This document shows, in pieces, positions 1-8,853 of a DNA stretch of 33,758 nucleotides (position 1 is its first letter; every line of letters starts with the position of its first letter). A model generated the notes under the pieces. That model worked only from the letters and a program-made list of their open reading frames with translations, made no database searches and had not been told where the DNA came from. This DNA is from an uncultured Bdellovibrio sp. (GTDB lineage: Bacteria; Bdellovibrionota; Bdellovibrionia; Bdellovibrionales; Bdellovibrionaceae). The position numbers were made by a program, and so were the translations under genes. The stretch covers positions 1-33,758 of the forward strand of contig CBIHPB010000001.1 in assembly GCA_966211485.1 (NCBI GenBank), in the 5' to 3' direction.

Positions 1-153
1 GGAACTGGCCCTACAGTCGATTTCGTCTATTGTGATGTCCCGGTCTGTGGTCCAAAGAATCCCGCCGTGCTTGGGTCGAGTTGCGGTTGTCCAAAGTCCG
101 GAATCGCGCCTGGCCGTCTCGATCCGGGCGCTGTTTTTAGATATTCTTTAGGA

Positions 154-1146
154 ATGAAGTTAGAGCTCCGCAAAGTTGATCCAAAGGACCGACGTATTCT
201 GATCGTTGATGACGATCCGGATAGTCTGTCGATCATTGCGGAAGCGCTTCGCTGGGACGGTTACCAAGTACAGACCGCCATCTCGGGGCCTGAAGGCCTT
301 GATCTGATCCAACGCTGGAATCCGGATTTGATTTTGCTGGATGTGAATATGCCGGGCATGAACGGCATTGAAACGCTGAAGGATCTTCGTCAGCGTGAGC
401 AGTATGTGTCGGTTATGTTTATCTCGGGAAATACCAGCACTGAACACGTGATCGAAGGTTTAGATTCCGGTGGTGACGATTACATTCCAAAACCTTTCGA
501 TCCGCTTGAGCTGTTGGCGCGAGTCCGCACCCAGCTGCGAATTAAAGATCTGAATGATCAGTTGCGAAGTGCCAACGACCGCTTGAAAGAGCTGGTCGAT
601 ACCGACGATCTCACGGGTCTTTACAATATGCGATCGGTGTATCAGCGCCTGGAATCGGAAATTCAGCGCGCCCGTCGTTTCGGCCGTCAGGTCTGTGTGG
701 TTATGATGGACATGGACTATTTCAAAACCGTCAACGATGGACACGATCACCTGTTCGGAAGCTTTGTTCTTTCCGAAGTAGGCGCCGTCATCCGTCGCAG
801 CATCCGAAATATCGATTTGGGTGCTCGTTATGGTGGTGACGAGTTTTTGATGATCTTGACGGAAACCAATGCCGAAGGTGCGGCGAAATTTTGCGAGCGC
901 CTGCGCACGACCATCGGTTCACACACTTTTAAAAGCGGTAAAGATGAAATTCAGCTCACTTGCAGTGTTGGTTTTGCCATCACGCCAAGCGGGGATAATC
1001 AAACGGATGCCCGCGGGTTGGTCCGAACGGCTGACCATGCGCTTTACGAAGCCAAGCGAAGCGGCCGCAACTGTGTGAAATCAGTCGAAATTCAAAAAAT
1101 CGACGAAGTGGAAACGATTCCTTACAAGAAAAAAGCTGTCGGCTGA
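154..1146 (+). CDS. Response regulator receiver - GGDEF diguanylate cyclase
   Basis: The N-terminal REC domain has an ILIVDDD acidic pocket, the phospho-acceptor context LILLDVNMPGMNG, and KPF. The C-terminal domain has GGDEF at 832-846, with an RxxD I-site (RNID) five residues upstream. I chose the ATG at 154 (MKLELRK...). The reading frame is open all the way to nt 1, so the true start is uncertain. Confidence 0.85.
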   Translation: MKLELRKVDPKDRRILIVDDDPDSLSIIAEALRWDGYQVQTAISGPEGLDLIQRWNPDLILLDVNMPGMNGIETLKDLRQREQYVSVMFISGNTSTEHVIEGLDSGGDDYIPKPFDPLELLARVRTQLRIKDLNDQLRSANDRLKELVDTDDLTGLYNMRSVYQRLESEIQRARRFGRQVCVVMMDMDYFKTVNDGHDHLFGSFVLSEVGAVIRRSIRNIDLGARYGGDEFLMILTETNAEGAAKFCERLRTTIGSHTFKSGKDEIQLTCSVGFAITPSGDNQTDARGLVRTADHALYEAKRSGRNCVKSVEIQKIDEVETIPYKKKAVG

Positions 1147-1238
1147 TTTTCAGACTTTCAACAAGAAACTAAGTCTTCTCTTCAGAGTGTGAATTTGGAC
1201 TTGCTCGCCCTTGGAACTGCCTTTAAAACTGCCCTCAG

Positions 1239-2243
1239 ATGTCTGAAACTTTGACCGCCCGAGACCGGGCAACCATCCGATCTTCTTGGATTTCCTTGAT
1301 TGTGAGCACCATCATCATGGTGATCAAATTCGGGGCTTACCAGATGACCCACTCGACAGCAGTCTTGTCGGATGCGGTGGAGAGTATCGTCAACGTGATT
1401 GCAGCGGTTGTCGCCGTTTTCGTCATGAGGGCTGTGGCCGAGCCAGCCGATGAAGACCATCCCTATGGACATGGAAAACTGGAATACTTTTCCGCCGCTT
1501 TCGAAGGCGGTTTGATCGCTTTCGCCTCAGTGATGATTTCAGCCGAAGCGGTTCGTGCGTTGGCTCGCGGTGAAAATCTGCATCAGTTGGATGTCGGTGC
1601 CGGCATTATGATGATCGCAGGCGTGATGAATATCGGACTGGGTTATCACTTGCGATCGGTTGGACGAAAACACAAATCCGAAGCACTGGCCGCCAGTGGC
1701 GAGCACGTGATGTCCGATGTTTGGACCACAGCAGGTGTTATCATCGGCCTGACGGTTGTGCACTTCACACAGATTCCCTGGATCGATCCTTTGGTCGCGC
1801 TTTTGGTGGCGGGACAGTTGGGCCATTCAGGCTACAAAATTGTGCGCAAATCTGCGGGTGCTTTGATGGACGAGATCGAGCCTCAAAGTTTGAACGAGCT
1901 GGCGGCTGCATTTCAAAAGCACCGACAGCCTTGGGTGATTGACATTCACAATTTGAAAGTGATCCGCTCGGGCCATTTTCACCATGTCGATGGACACCTG
2001 GTCGTTCCCGAATTTTGGGACGTGGCTCAGACTCATCAGCTGGCCGAAGATTTCGAGCACAGCGTGGTTGCGACTTATCCGTTTGACGGCGAGATCGCAT
2101 TCCATATCGATCCTTGCGAGCGGAAGTACTGTGCCCACTGTGCGGTGGAGAACTGTCCGATTCGCCGCCACCCTTTGACAACGCAAAAAGAACTGACTGT
2201 TGCAACTCTCATCCGAGGACCGATGCCAGATGGAAAAAACTGA
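1239..2243 (+). CDS. Cation diffusion facilitator (CDF) family metal efflux transporter
   Basis: Contains multiple TM helices, the CDF signature around DHPYGHGKLEYFSAAFEG, and a C-terminal cytoplasmic domain with His residues (HFHHVDGH). It ends in an unusual Cys-rich tail, C-x4-C-x2-C-x4-C. Confidence 0.85.
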   Translation: MSETLTARDRATIRSSWISLIVSTIIMVIKFGAYQMTHSTAVLSDAVESIVNVIAAVVAVFVMRAVAEPADEDHPYGHGKLEYFSAAFEGGLIAFASVMISAEAVRALARGENLHQLDVGAGIMMIAGVMNIGLGYHLRSVGRKHKSEALAASGEHVMSDVWTTAGVIIGLTVVHFTQIPWIDPLVALLVAGQLGHSGYKIVRKSAGALMDEIEPQSLNELAAAFQKHRQPWVIDIHNLKVIRSGHFHHVDGHLVVPEFWDVAQTHQLAEDFEHSVVATYPFDGEIAFHIDPCERKYCAHCAVENCPIRRHPLTTQKELTVATLIRGPMPDGKN

Positions 2244-3018
2244 GATGACGATGGAAACCACACACTTTGAACCAACGAATTTTGATGATAGCGGTGAAAT
2301 TGAAATTCACGACTTGTTTGCAAGCACGGAATTCAAGCGTCCGATGGTCAACCTGACTCGCAATTTGAAATTTCCAAACTATTATACCGATGCATTGGAC
2401 AACGAGTTCCGCGATTACTCTTTCAATGAAGAGCGCGCTCCACTGAACAAAGGCAAATGGCGCTCGGACATTTTCAAAGTTTCGGATCAAACGCCGGTGG
2501 ATTTGGAAATCGGCACGGGGAATGGAACCCATTTCCAGCACCGGGCCGTGAATCATCCCAGCCGCTGTATCGTGGGTCTTGAGTTGAAATACAAGCCGCT
2601 GATCCAAAGTATCCGCGGTTGCCTGCGCAAGGGTGCGACGAATGCGCGCATCTGCCGTTATCATGCGATGAATATCGATCTGATGTTTGAGCCTGGCGAG
2701 CTGAACGATATCTACATTCACTTTCCAGATCCATGGACCAGCCCGCGCAAACCGAAGAACCGTTTTGTGAACGCGCGCGTTTTGGATTGGCTGTACGAGC
2801 TGCAGCGTCCGGGTTCTTACCTGAATTTCAAAACCGACAGCCGCGAATACTATCTGTGGGCGATGGAGCAGATTCGCGAATCGAAATACAAAATCGTTTT
2901 CGAGACGACTCATTTGCATCAGACGGAAATGGTGAAGGAAAACTTCATCACTCAGTTTGAAAGCATTTTCTTGCGACAGGGAATTGAGATCAATTTCGTT
3001 CGTCTGCAAAGGCTGTAA
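2230..3018 (+). CDS. trmB: tRNA (guanine-N7)-methyltransferase
   Basis: TrmB motifs are present: DLEIGTGNGTHF (SAM binding), HFPDPWTSPRKPKNRF and FKTDSREYY. The ATG at 2230 has a GAGGA about 11 nt upstream. TTG 2200, ATG 2245 and ATG 2251 are alternative starts. The gene overlaps the end of the CDF gene. Confidence 0.85.
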   Translation: MEKTEMTMETTHFEPTNFDDSGEIEIHDLFASTEFKRPMVNLTRNLKFPNYYTDALDNEFRDYSFNEERAPLNKGKWRSDIFKVSDQTPVDLEIGTGNGTHFQHRAVNHPSRCIVGLELKYKPLIQSIRGCLRKGATNARICRYHAMNIDLMFEPGELNDIYIHFPDPWTSPRKPKNRFVNARVLDWLYELQRPGSYLNFKTDSREYYLWAMEQIRESKYKIVFETTHLHQTEMVKENFITQFESIFLRQGIEINFVRLQRL

Positions 3019-3021
3019 TCG

Positions 3022-3312
3022 ATGCCTTGGATTTCATTTGCGAAAAAGCATCGGCCTGCGATTCAGGTGATCCCGGGTGCGAATTTGATGAAATCCTTGC
3101 TGGGGGCGGAAGTTCCTGTGGCCTCGAGCTGTAACGGCGATGGCGTCTGTGCCAAGTGCCGGCTGACCATCACAGTTGGCGAGAAAAATCTGTCAGCACC
3201 GAACGACACAGAAAAATTCCTGAAAGAAAAGTTCCAACTGAAGGCCCATCAGCGCATCAGCTGCCAAACATTTGTTCTGGACGATGTCGAAGTCGATGCC
3301 GGATACTGGTGA
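3022..3312 (+). CDS. Small [2Fe-2S] ferredoxin-like protein
   Basis: 96 aa with Cys spacing C37-x5-C43-x2-C46-x34-C81, similar to adrenodoxin/putidaredoxin-type 2Fe-2S ligands. It starts 3 nt after the trmB stop. Confidence 0.65.
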   Translation: MPWISFAKKHRPAIQVIPGANLMKSLLGAEVPVASSCNGDGVCAKCRLTITVGEKNLSAPNDTEKFLKEKFQLKAHQRISCQTFVLDDVEVDAGYW

Positions 3313-3429
3313 TTGGCCGCGTCAACGCGATGAAATGGCGATTTAGCCTACAGCGACGGCAGAGATGCTCTGGGCCTGGATTCACAATGCAGATGACGTG
3401 AACAAGCTCTTTGTTCTACAGTCTTCCCC

Positions 3430-4383
3430 ATGACAAATTCTGAAGCGACAAACACGAATATTGAAAAAGTATTGATTATTGGTTCGGGCCCCGCCGGCCT
3501 GACAGCGGCTGTTTACACGGCTCGTGCGAACTTGAAACCTCTGATGATCGAAGGCGAAGAAGCCGGCGGTCAGTTGATGATCACGACCGACGTTGAAAAC
3601 TATCCGGGCTTTGCTAAAGGCGTAACTGGTCCTGAACTGATTTCAGTCATGCGCCAGCAAGCGGAAAAATTCGGAACACGATTTCTGACCCGTAATGTGA
3701 CGAAGGTGGATTTTTCTCAGCGCCCTTTCAAAGTGTGGGTTGGAAAAGATCTTTACCAAGCACAAAGTGTGATCATCACAACCGGTGCTTCAGCGAAATG
3801 GCTGGGACTGGCGTCCGAGAAAAAATATATGAACCGCGGTGTCTCGGCTTGTGCGACCTGCGACGGCGCTTTCTTTAAGAATGTTGAAGTCGGTGTGATC
3901 GGTGGCGGTGACACGGCGATGGAAGAAGCGAACTTCCTGACTCGATTTGCATCGAAGGTCTATGTCATTCATCGTCGCGACAGTTTCCGTGCTTCCAAGA
4001 TCATGGCGGAACGAACGATGAAGAATCCAAAGATCGAAGTGATCTGGAACACAGAAGTCGAAGAAGTTCTGGGCGATGACAAATCGATGACCGGTGTTGT
4101 GATGAAAAATTTGGTGACCGGCGTGACTCAGGAAAAGAAACTGCAGGGTCTGTTCCTTGCGATCGGGCACAAACCGACAACCGATCTATTCAAAGAATTT
4201 ATCCACTTGAACGAAACCGGATATATCAAAACCAAGCCTGGTTCGAGCTACACCAACGTCGAGGGTGTGTTCGCGGCCGGGGATGTTCAGGACCATGTTT
4301 ACCGTCAAGCGATCACGGCTGCGGGAACTGGTTGCATGGCAGCGATTGATGCGGAAAGATGGCTTGAGGGCCAAAACGCATAA
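3430..4383 (+). CDS. trxB: Thioredoxin-disulfide reductase
   Basis: FAD motif GSGPAG, redox-active CATC at 3850-3861, NADPH motif [11 protein letters not shown]-terminal GDV...AAGTGCMAA, and the typical length of 317 aa. Confidence 0.95.
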   Translation: MTNSEATNTNIEKVLIIGSGPAGLTAAVYTARANLKPLMIEGEEAGGQLMITTDVENYPGFAKGVTGPELISVMRQQAEKFGTRFLTRNVTKVDFSQRPFKVWVGKDLYQAQSVIITTGASAKWLGLASEKKYMNRGVSACATCDGAFFKNVEVGVIGGGDTAMEEANFLTRFASKVYVIHRRDSFRASKIMAERTMKNPKIEVIWNTEVEEVLGDDKSMTGVVMKNLVTGVTQEKKLQGLFLAIGHKPTTDLFKEFIHLNETGYIKTKPGSSYTNVEGVFAAGDVQDHVYRQAITAAGTGCMAAIDAERWLEGQNA

Positions 4384-4413
4384 TCGGCTATCGCCAGGGG
4401 CAGTTCAAAAAGA

Positions 4414-4920
4414 ATGGCAAAGAAAAAAATCAATGCTTCGGATCTGATCGCGAAAATCGAAAAGCTGGCCAAATCACGAATGGCCAGCGGTGAAGTCGTT
4501 GAACTGCAAAACTTCCGGGATCTCAAAAAGAAAGTCGAAGCCAAAACCATTCTGGTCATCGAAGATGACGAGACCATGCGTGCAGCTTTGAAAAAGATTT
4601 TCGAAATGGACGGGTTTGTCGTGCGGCTCGCGGCCGATGGCACCGAGCTTTCTGTTGCCTTGGAAGATATCTCACCTGATTTGATTTTGCTGGATATCGG
4701 ACTGCCTTGGTTGAACGGTTTTGAGCTGGCTCAAATGCTGAAAGAGCACAAAGAGCTGAAGAAGATTCCGCTGATCTTTGTTTCTGGTAAAACCAGCGAT
4801 GAAGATATCAAGCGAGCGTTTGAAATCGGCGCCAATGATTTTATCAAAAAGCCTTTCGAAATCGAAAAGCTCAAGAAGACAGTCCACACACTTTTAAAAA
4901 TTGCAGATCACGATCAGTAA
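4414..4920 (+). CDS. Stand-alone response regulator receiver (CheY-like) with charged N-terminal extension
   Basis: REC motifs are ILVIEDDE, LILLDIGLPWLNG and KKPF, with no output domain. A Lys/Glu-rich leader of about 45 aa precedes the receiver, and an internal Met (MASGE) is an alternative start. Confidence 0.8.
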   Translation: MAKKKINASDLIAKIEKLAKSRMASGEVVELQNFRDLKKKVEAKTILVIEDDETMRAALKKIFEMDGFVVRLAADGTELSVALEDISPDLILLDIGLPWLNGFELAQMLKEHKELKKIPLIFVSGKTSDEDIKRAFEIGANDFIKKPFEIEKLKKTVHTLLKIADHDQ

Positions 4921-6104
4921 GCGATCGTCATCCCTGCGATGCACTTGGTATCCACTCCATAACTATAGAATGGCACCGAGCCCACTCGGGTCAGGACAGC
5001 GGCGTTGCTGACACCGATTTTGCTGGCGTCGTAAGTGAATTTTTCGATCGCATAGTTCACCACAGTTGTCGCGGTTGAAATCGCGGTGGCCATGTAGATC
5101 GTGTTGGTCGTTGGATCCAATGTCATCGCCGAGACATTGAACAGAGTGTATGGATAAGTGCCTGTGCTGATATCGTACAATGTGTTCGCGGTGCCGATGG
5201 CTCCGGTCGAGTCATTGTAGTCGTATGAAATGATCATATTCGTGTTGGCTGTGGTGGCGCTGTTTCCCCACGCCACAATCAGTTTCGAATTCACACTGTC
5301 GTAGACAGCCGCCAATGGCCACGAGGTGCCGGCTCCAGGAGCTGCTTGCGCAGCAATACACTGGGTCGCACTGCTCGCACCGACCGCTGGCATGCTGATC
5401 AATCGGTTCTGAGCGGCGACGGCGTGGCCCGCAATAATGCGATTGTTGGCGGATCCCGTATGAAGAGCGAAAGAATACAGAGTGTTGGTTGTTCCGCAAG
5501 TCGCGCCCAAGTTGTTCATCACATAGTTCACGGAAGCGGAAGGACCCGAGAGACGAATTCCAGACGAGCTGATTTTATCGATTGCACCACTGCGAATTGT
5601 GAACAGTCCGCCATCGTTCGTCTTCGACATAAATCTTGGAATGGCCGAGAAAATCGTTGCAGGTCCCGGAGTCAAACCGAAGTTTGCTCGAGCGGAAGCA
5701 TTTTTAGGAACGACTTCAAGTCGCCCTGAAGTACCGTTGCCGACGAGGACGGCGAGATGATCTGTATCCCAATCAACAACTCCGACTGGAGTGTCACCGG
5801 CAGAAGCAGGTGAGGCATTATAATCGGCGATAATGGAATCACGCATGCCGGTTGACAGATTCACTCGGAAAACAAGATTGGAAGATGTGGTCGCTGTGAA
5901 AGTCGTCACACCCGAAGAGGCCTGACATGTGCCACTTGCCACGTAGAGGTAGCGAGAAGCCACTGGCGGAATTGTTGTCGTGGTGGTGGTCGTCGTGGTT
6001 GTTGTTTCCGTTGTCGTTTGTTCTGCCGCTTTTGGCTGGCAAGCCAATGACAAGCAACAAACGGCGAGGGCGATAAGTGTAGACATCCTATTTGTCGAAC
6101 TCAT
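4914..6104 (-). CDS. Predicted lipoprotein with poly-threonine linker, function unknown
   Basis: The ATG at 6104 has a GGGAG 6 nt upstream. The signal peptide plus lipobox is ...CCLSLAC. This is followed by TTTETTTTTTTTTTT (encoded at 5973-6017) and a Gly/Ser/Thr/Ala-rich, probably beta-rich domain. I trimmed the longer ORF-track start at 6215. Confidence 0.6.
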   Translation of the reverse strand: MSSTNRMSTLIALAVCCLSLACQPKAAEQTTTETTTTTTTTTTTIPPVASRYLYVASGTCQASSGVTTFTATTSSNLVFRVNLSTGMRDSIIADYNASPASAGDTPVGVVDWDTDHLAVLVGNGTSGRLEVVPKNASARANFGLTPGPATIFSAIPRFMSKTNDGGLFTIRSGAIDKISSSGIRLSGPSASVNYVMNNLGATCGTTNTLYSFALHTGSANNRIIAGHAVAAQNRLISMPAVGASSATQCIAAQAAPGAGTSWPLAAVYDSVNSKLIVAWGNSATTANTNMIISYDYNDSTGAIGTANTLYDISTGTYPYTLFNVSAMTLDPTTNTIYMATAISTATTVVNYAIEKFTYDASKIGVSNAAVLTRVGSVPFYSYGVDTKCIAGMTIAY

Positions 6105-6281
6105 GAATGCTCCCGGAAATCTTTGAAATCTCTTATTAAGATTTTCGGTCTTCGTTCGCTCAAACTTGATGAAATATAAAGTCTGGTGCAGATTTTGAAG
6201 AGCGACCTCGACCAATGACGAGTCCTGCTAGTTTGTGGTTTTACAGTTGCCTCAAGCATCTAAATTTACCATCATCAGCAC

Positions 6282-7463
6282 ATGCGCCTGTTACCTCGCT
6301 CGCTCATCGCTGTTTTGTGCCTTCTCGCAAGTTCCGCAACCTTCTTCATCAGTTCGCAAAGCTTTGGTTACGCGACCTTCATCGGGCTTGGTTACATGAA
6401 CTGTATGACCTGCCATTACAACCCTCACGGTAACGGACAATTGAACGATTACGGACGAGCCTTGTTTGCGGCTGAAATTGCGGCCAAACCTTTCTGGAAC
6501 AAGAACGCGTCGGACGACGACTTGGGGAAAACAGCTAGCTTTATGGGACAAGAGCCGACTCCGCGTGCCTTTCATCCGTCCTTTAAATATCGAGATCTTT
6601 ACCTGACCACAAGTCCAGGTGGAACCAACTCGTACAAGCGCTATCTCATGCAAGCGGATGCGGGATTTGCTTATCACTTTGACGAAAATGACAAGTACAT
6701 CTTTGTCGGCTCGGCCGGTTACACTCGGACGCCGATCAATGCGGATATCAAAGAGGGTGCTTGGAATTACAATTTGATTTCGCGTGAACACTATCTGCGT
6801 GTGCAGATGACGGACACTCAGTTTCTGACGGTCGGTTTGATTGATGTGGCCTTCGGTCTTCGCTTGGTGGATCACACGGCTGTCAATCGCAAGGGGATTG
6901 GTTTGGATATGAATAGCCAAACCCACGGCGTGCTCTACAACTACTTCCCGGAAAAATGGATTTTCGGTCTGCATGCTTTTGGCGGCAATCAGATGCGCGA
7001 TGAAATTTCTCGCATGTCTGGCGTCAGTACGACGGTCGAATACGAGCTCAAAGAAAAACTGACGGTAGGAGCTTCGGCCTTGATGGGAAATACGCAGGTG
7101 CAAAAGCAAACGACCTACGCACTTCATTCGCGAGTCGGTATCGGCAAAGGTTCCAGCTTTATGACCGAGTGGGGACTGAACAAAACCGAGCCGAAAACTG
7201 GCGACGCGACGACCGGTGCTTATGGAATTTTGGCTGGATCGATGCGTTTGATTCGCGGGCTTGATTTTGAAACCCAGCTCGAGATGCAGAAAGCAAACAT
7301 GGACGATTCGGACGAGGGTTATCGCTATTCTTTGGGCCTCGTCTATTTCCCGTTTCAGCGTGTTGAATTGCGTTTCCAAGCTGTGGATATGCGTTCATTG
7401 GCTCCAACCGAAGTGAGAGGAGACGCATGGTCTGCACAAACCCAATTGCATCTTTCTTTATAG
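6282..7463 (+). CDS. Predicted secreted beta-barrel (outer-membrane-like) protein carrying an N-terminal CxxCH motif
   Basis: Signal peptide MRLLPRSLIAVLCLLASSATFF. CMTCH at 6402-6416 sits just after the predicted cleavage region. The rest shows alternating-hydrophobic strands with Gly/Tyr-rich turns through to the C-terminus. I do not recognise the family. Confidence 0.55.
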   Translation: MRLLPRSLIAVLCLLASSATFFISSQSFGYATFIGLGYMNCMTCHYNPHGNGQLNDYGRALFAAEIAAKPFWNKNASDDDLGKTASFMGQEPTPRAFHPSFKYRDLYLTTSPGGTNSYKRYLMQADAGFAYHFDENDKYIFVGSAGYTRTPINADIKEGAWNYNLISREHYLRVQMTDTQFLTVGLIDVAFGLRLVDHTAVNRKGIGLDMNSQTHGVLYNYFPEKWIFGLHAFGGNQMRDEISRMSGVSTTVEYELKEKLTVGASALMGNTQVQKQTTYALHSRVGIGKGSSFMTEWGLNKTEPKTGDATTGAYGILAGSMRLIRGLDFETQLEMQKANMDDSDEGYRYSLGLVYFPFQRVELRFQAVDMRSLAPTEVRGDAWSAQTQLHLSL

Positions 7464-8161
7464 CTCTCAGCATTTTCCTGATGTTGGCCTTCGACGGACA
7501 TGCGGCCAGCGCACGGAAACCCGCGCAGGCAAAAGCTCCTGCAAAACCTGCAACTTCTCCTGCTCCGACATCGAATGCCGCTAAGCCATCGGCTCCAAGT
7601 CCTGCTCCGGCTGTCACAGCGGCGCCGGCTCATCCTGTGGCAGCTCGATCAATTGCGCAGAAATCTTGGGGAGTCGGCATTATGAGCTGGTCCGAGATGG
7701 TGGTTGTCACAGATAAAAATGGCAATTCGGCCGATGCTCGTACGCAGATGTACACGCCGTCTTTTCATTATGCTCTTCGCGAAAATCGCGCGACTGATGG
7801 CTTATTGTATGAAGGGTATGCTTTCTACGGTAAGGCCGATATCCAGTCGGAGTCGATTTCGCTGATCTATTTCCAAAAGCGAGTTCCAATGTACGGCTTT
7901 GGTGGTTCGGTCGGTTGGTACTGGCGCCCAGAGGCCAAGCAAGTGAACATCGGTGTGTCCGCTCCACTGCAAATGCGCCATGTGGATTGGACATCGCCAC
8001 CGGATGGCGGCGGTGTCGATAAGAAAGATCAATTCAATCTGGGTCTGATGTTGGATATGCGTTGGCGGATGACAGCGGATATTGCCATCAACCAGCGTGT
8101 GGGTACTTTCTTTGGGATCAAGGGTTCGCTTTGGATGGCGAACCTCGAGTGGACGCTTTAA
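7427..8161 (+). CDS. Predicted secreted protein with Ala/Pro-rich linker and beta-rich C-terminal domain
   Basis: Signal peptide IASFFIALSIFLMLAFDGHAAS, then an AP-rich low-complexity stretch (KAPAKPATSPAPTSNAAKPSAPSPAPAVTAAPAHP), then amphipathic beta-like segments ending in LEWTL. It overlaps the upstream gene by 37 nt. Confidence 0.5.
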   Translation: MVCTNPIASFFIALSIFLMLAFDGHAASARKPAQAKAPAKPATSPAPTSNAAKPSAPSPAPAVTAAPAHPVAARSIAQKSWGVGIMSWSEMVVVTDKNGNSADARTQMYTPSFHYALRENRATDGLLYEGYAFYGKADIQSESISLIYFQKRVPMYGFGGSVGWYWRPEAKQVNIGVSAPLQMRHVDWTSPPDGGGVDKKDQFNLGLMLDMRWRMTADIAINQRVGTFFGIKGSLWMANLEWTL

Positions 8162-8832
8162 TTATTCTGCGCCCCTTGATTAATCCAGTCTTCGATCGCC
8201 TTGACTTGCGCCGAGCTCAAAGATCCGCCCTGTGGCATTTTACCACCGGTGCGTCCGACAGTAATGGCCTGATACATGATACTGTTCGCAGCATTTCCAG
8301 GGATGACTGACTTCACGACATTGGCATAGCTATCAAACTTGTAAGTTCGGTTCGCATGGCAGGTTTTGCAGCGAGCATCCCAAACCAGTGGGAACAAGAC
8401 GCTGAACTTCGGTTCGATCGGAGTGACGCCGCCGACGGCTCCGCCATCTCCGGTTGTATCTTGTCGCAAATTTTTGATCCAGTTTTTCAAAACGTCGACT
8501 TCAGCGCCTGTGAGGCTTGGGCCTTCGGCTGGCATTCGACCTTGGCTGATTTCGATAATGATTGGTGAAAGCTCGGGTTCGCCAGGTACAACCAGGCGCG
8601 AGTAAACCAGATACTCGACGTCATTCAAATCGCCGACGTTGCCGCTCATGTTGGTGGCGCTATGGCAAGAGGCGCAGTGTTTGTTCATGATCTGAACGGC
8701 AGCGTCTTGGACTCCGGCTTGGCTATCCAAGTCCAAAGCGGCGCTGTACTCAAGCTCGGTCGGCTTACCACAGTTCTGGTAAAGCAGAAGCGGGAGCAAG
8801 GATAAGATGATCACATAGGTTGCCTTTTTCAC
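8158..8832 (-). CDS. Di-CxxCH lipoprotein, two PSCyt1-like (planctomycete cytochrome c-like) modules (module A, gene 5)
   Basis: Signal plus lipobox-like LLLYQNCG. Motifs CASCH and CKTCH are each followed by a (V/I)PG...S...MP...L...W(I) pattern. The protein ends in WINQGAQNN. Confidence 0.75.
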   Translation of the reverse strand: MKKATYVIILSLLPLLLYQNCGKPTELEYSAALDLDSQAGVQDAAVQIMNKHCASCHSATNMSGNVGDLNDVEYLVYSRLVVPGEPELSPIIIEISQGRMPAEGPSLTGAEVDVLKNWIKNLRQDTTGDGGAVGGVTPIEPKFSVLFPLVWDARCKTCHANRTYKFDSYANVVKSVIPGNAANSIMYQAITVGRTGGKMPQGGSLSSAQVKAIEDWINQGAQNN

Positions 8833-8853
8833 GTACCACTCCTAGTTCATTCA

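Noticed and set aside
1-153. The GGDEF gene's frame is open from nt 1, so a longer Cys-rich N-terminus is possible (the ORF track offers a GTG start at 67). A second frame is also open, ending at the TAG at 148-150, and could be the tail of an upstream gene.
   Set aside because: I recognise no domain in either translation, and the window edge prevents resolution. The receiver domain begins normally at the ATG at 154, so I kept that start and did not call an extra feature.
1152-1178. Short inverted repeat AGACTT-N13-AAGTCT after the GGDEF gene, considered as a possible terminator.
   Set aside because: The stem is only 6 bp and AT-rich, the loop is large, and there is no clear U-tract. This is not convincing as an intrinsic terminator.
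2209-3009. 266-aa ORF on the minus strand, antisense to trmB.
   Set aside because: The plus-strand frame carries unmistakable TrmB motifs. The antisense translation is Arg/His-rich with no recognisable motifs, which is typical of a shadow ORF.
6291-7379. 362-aa ORF antisense to the CxxCH barrel gene.
   Set aside because: Its composition is Arg/Ser-rich and low in information, and it has no signal or domain. The plus-strand ORF has a signal peptide and a coherent beta-strand pattern.
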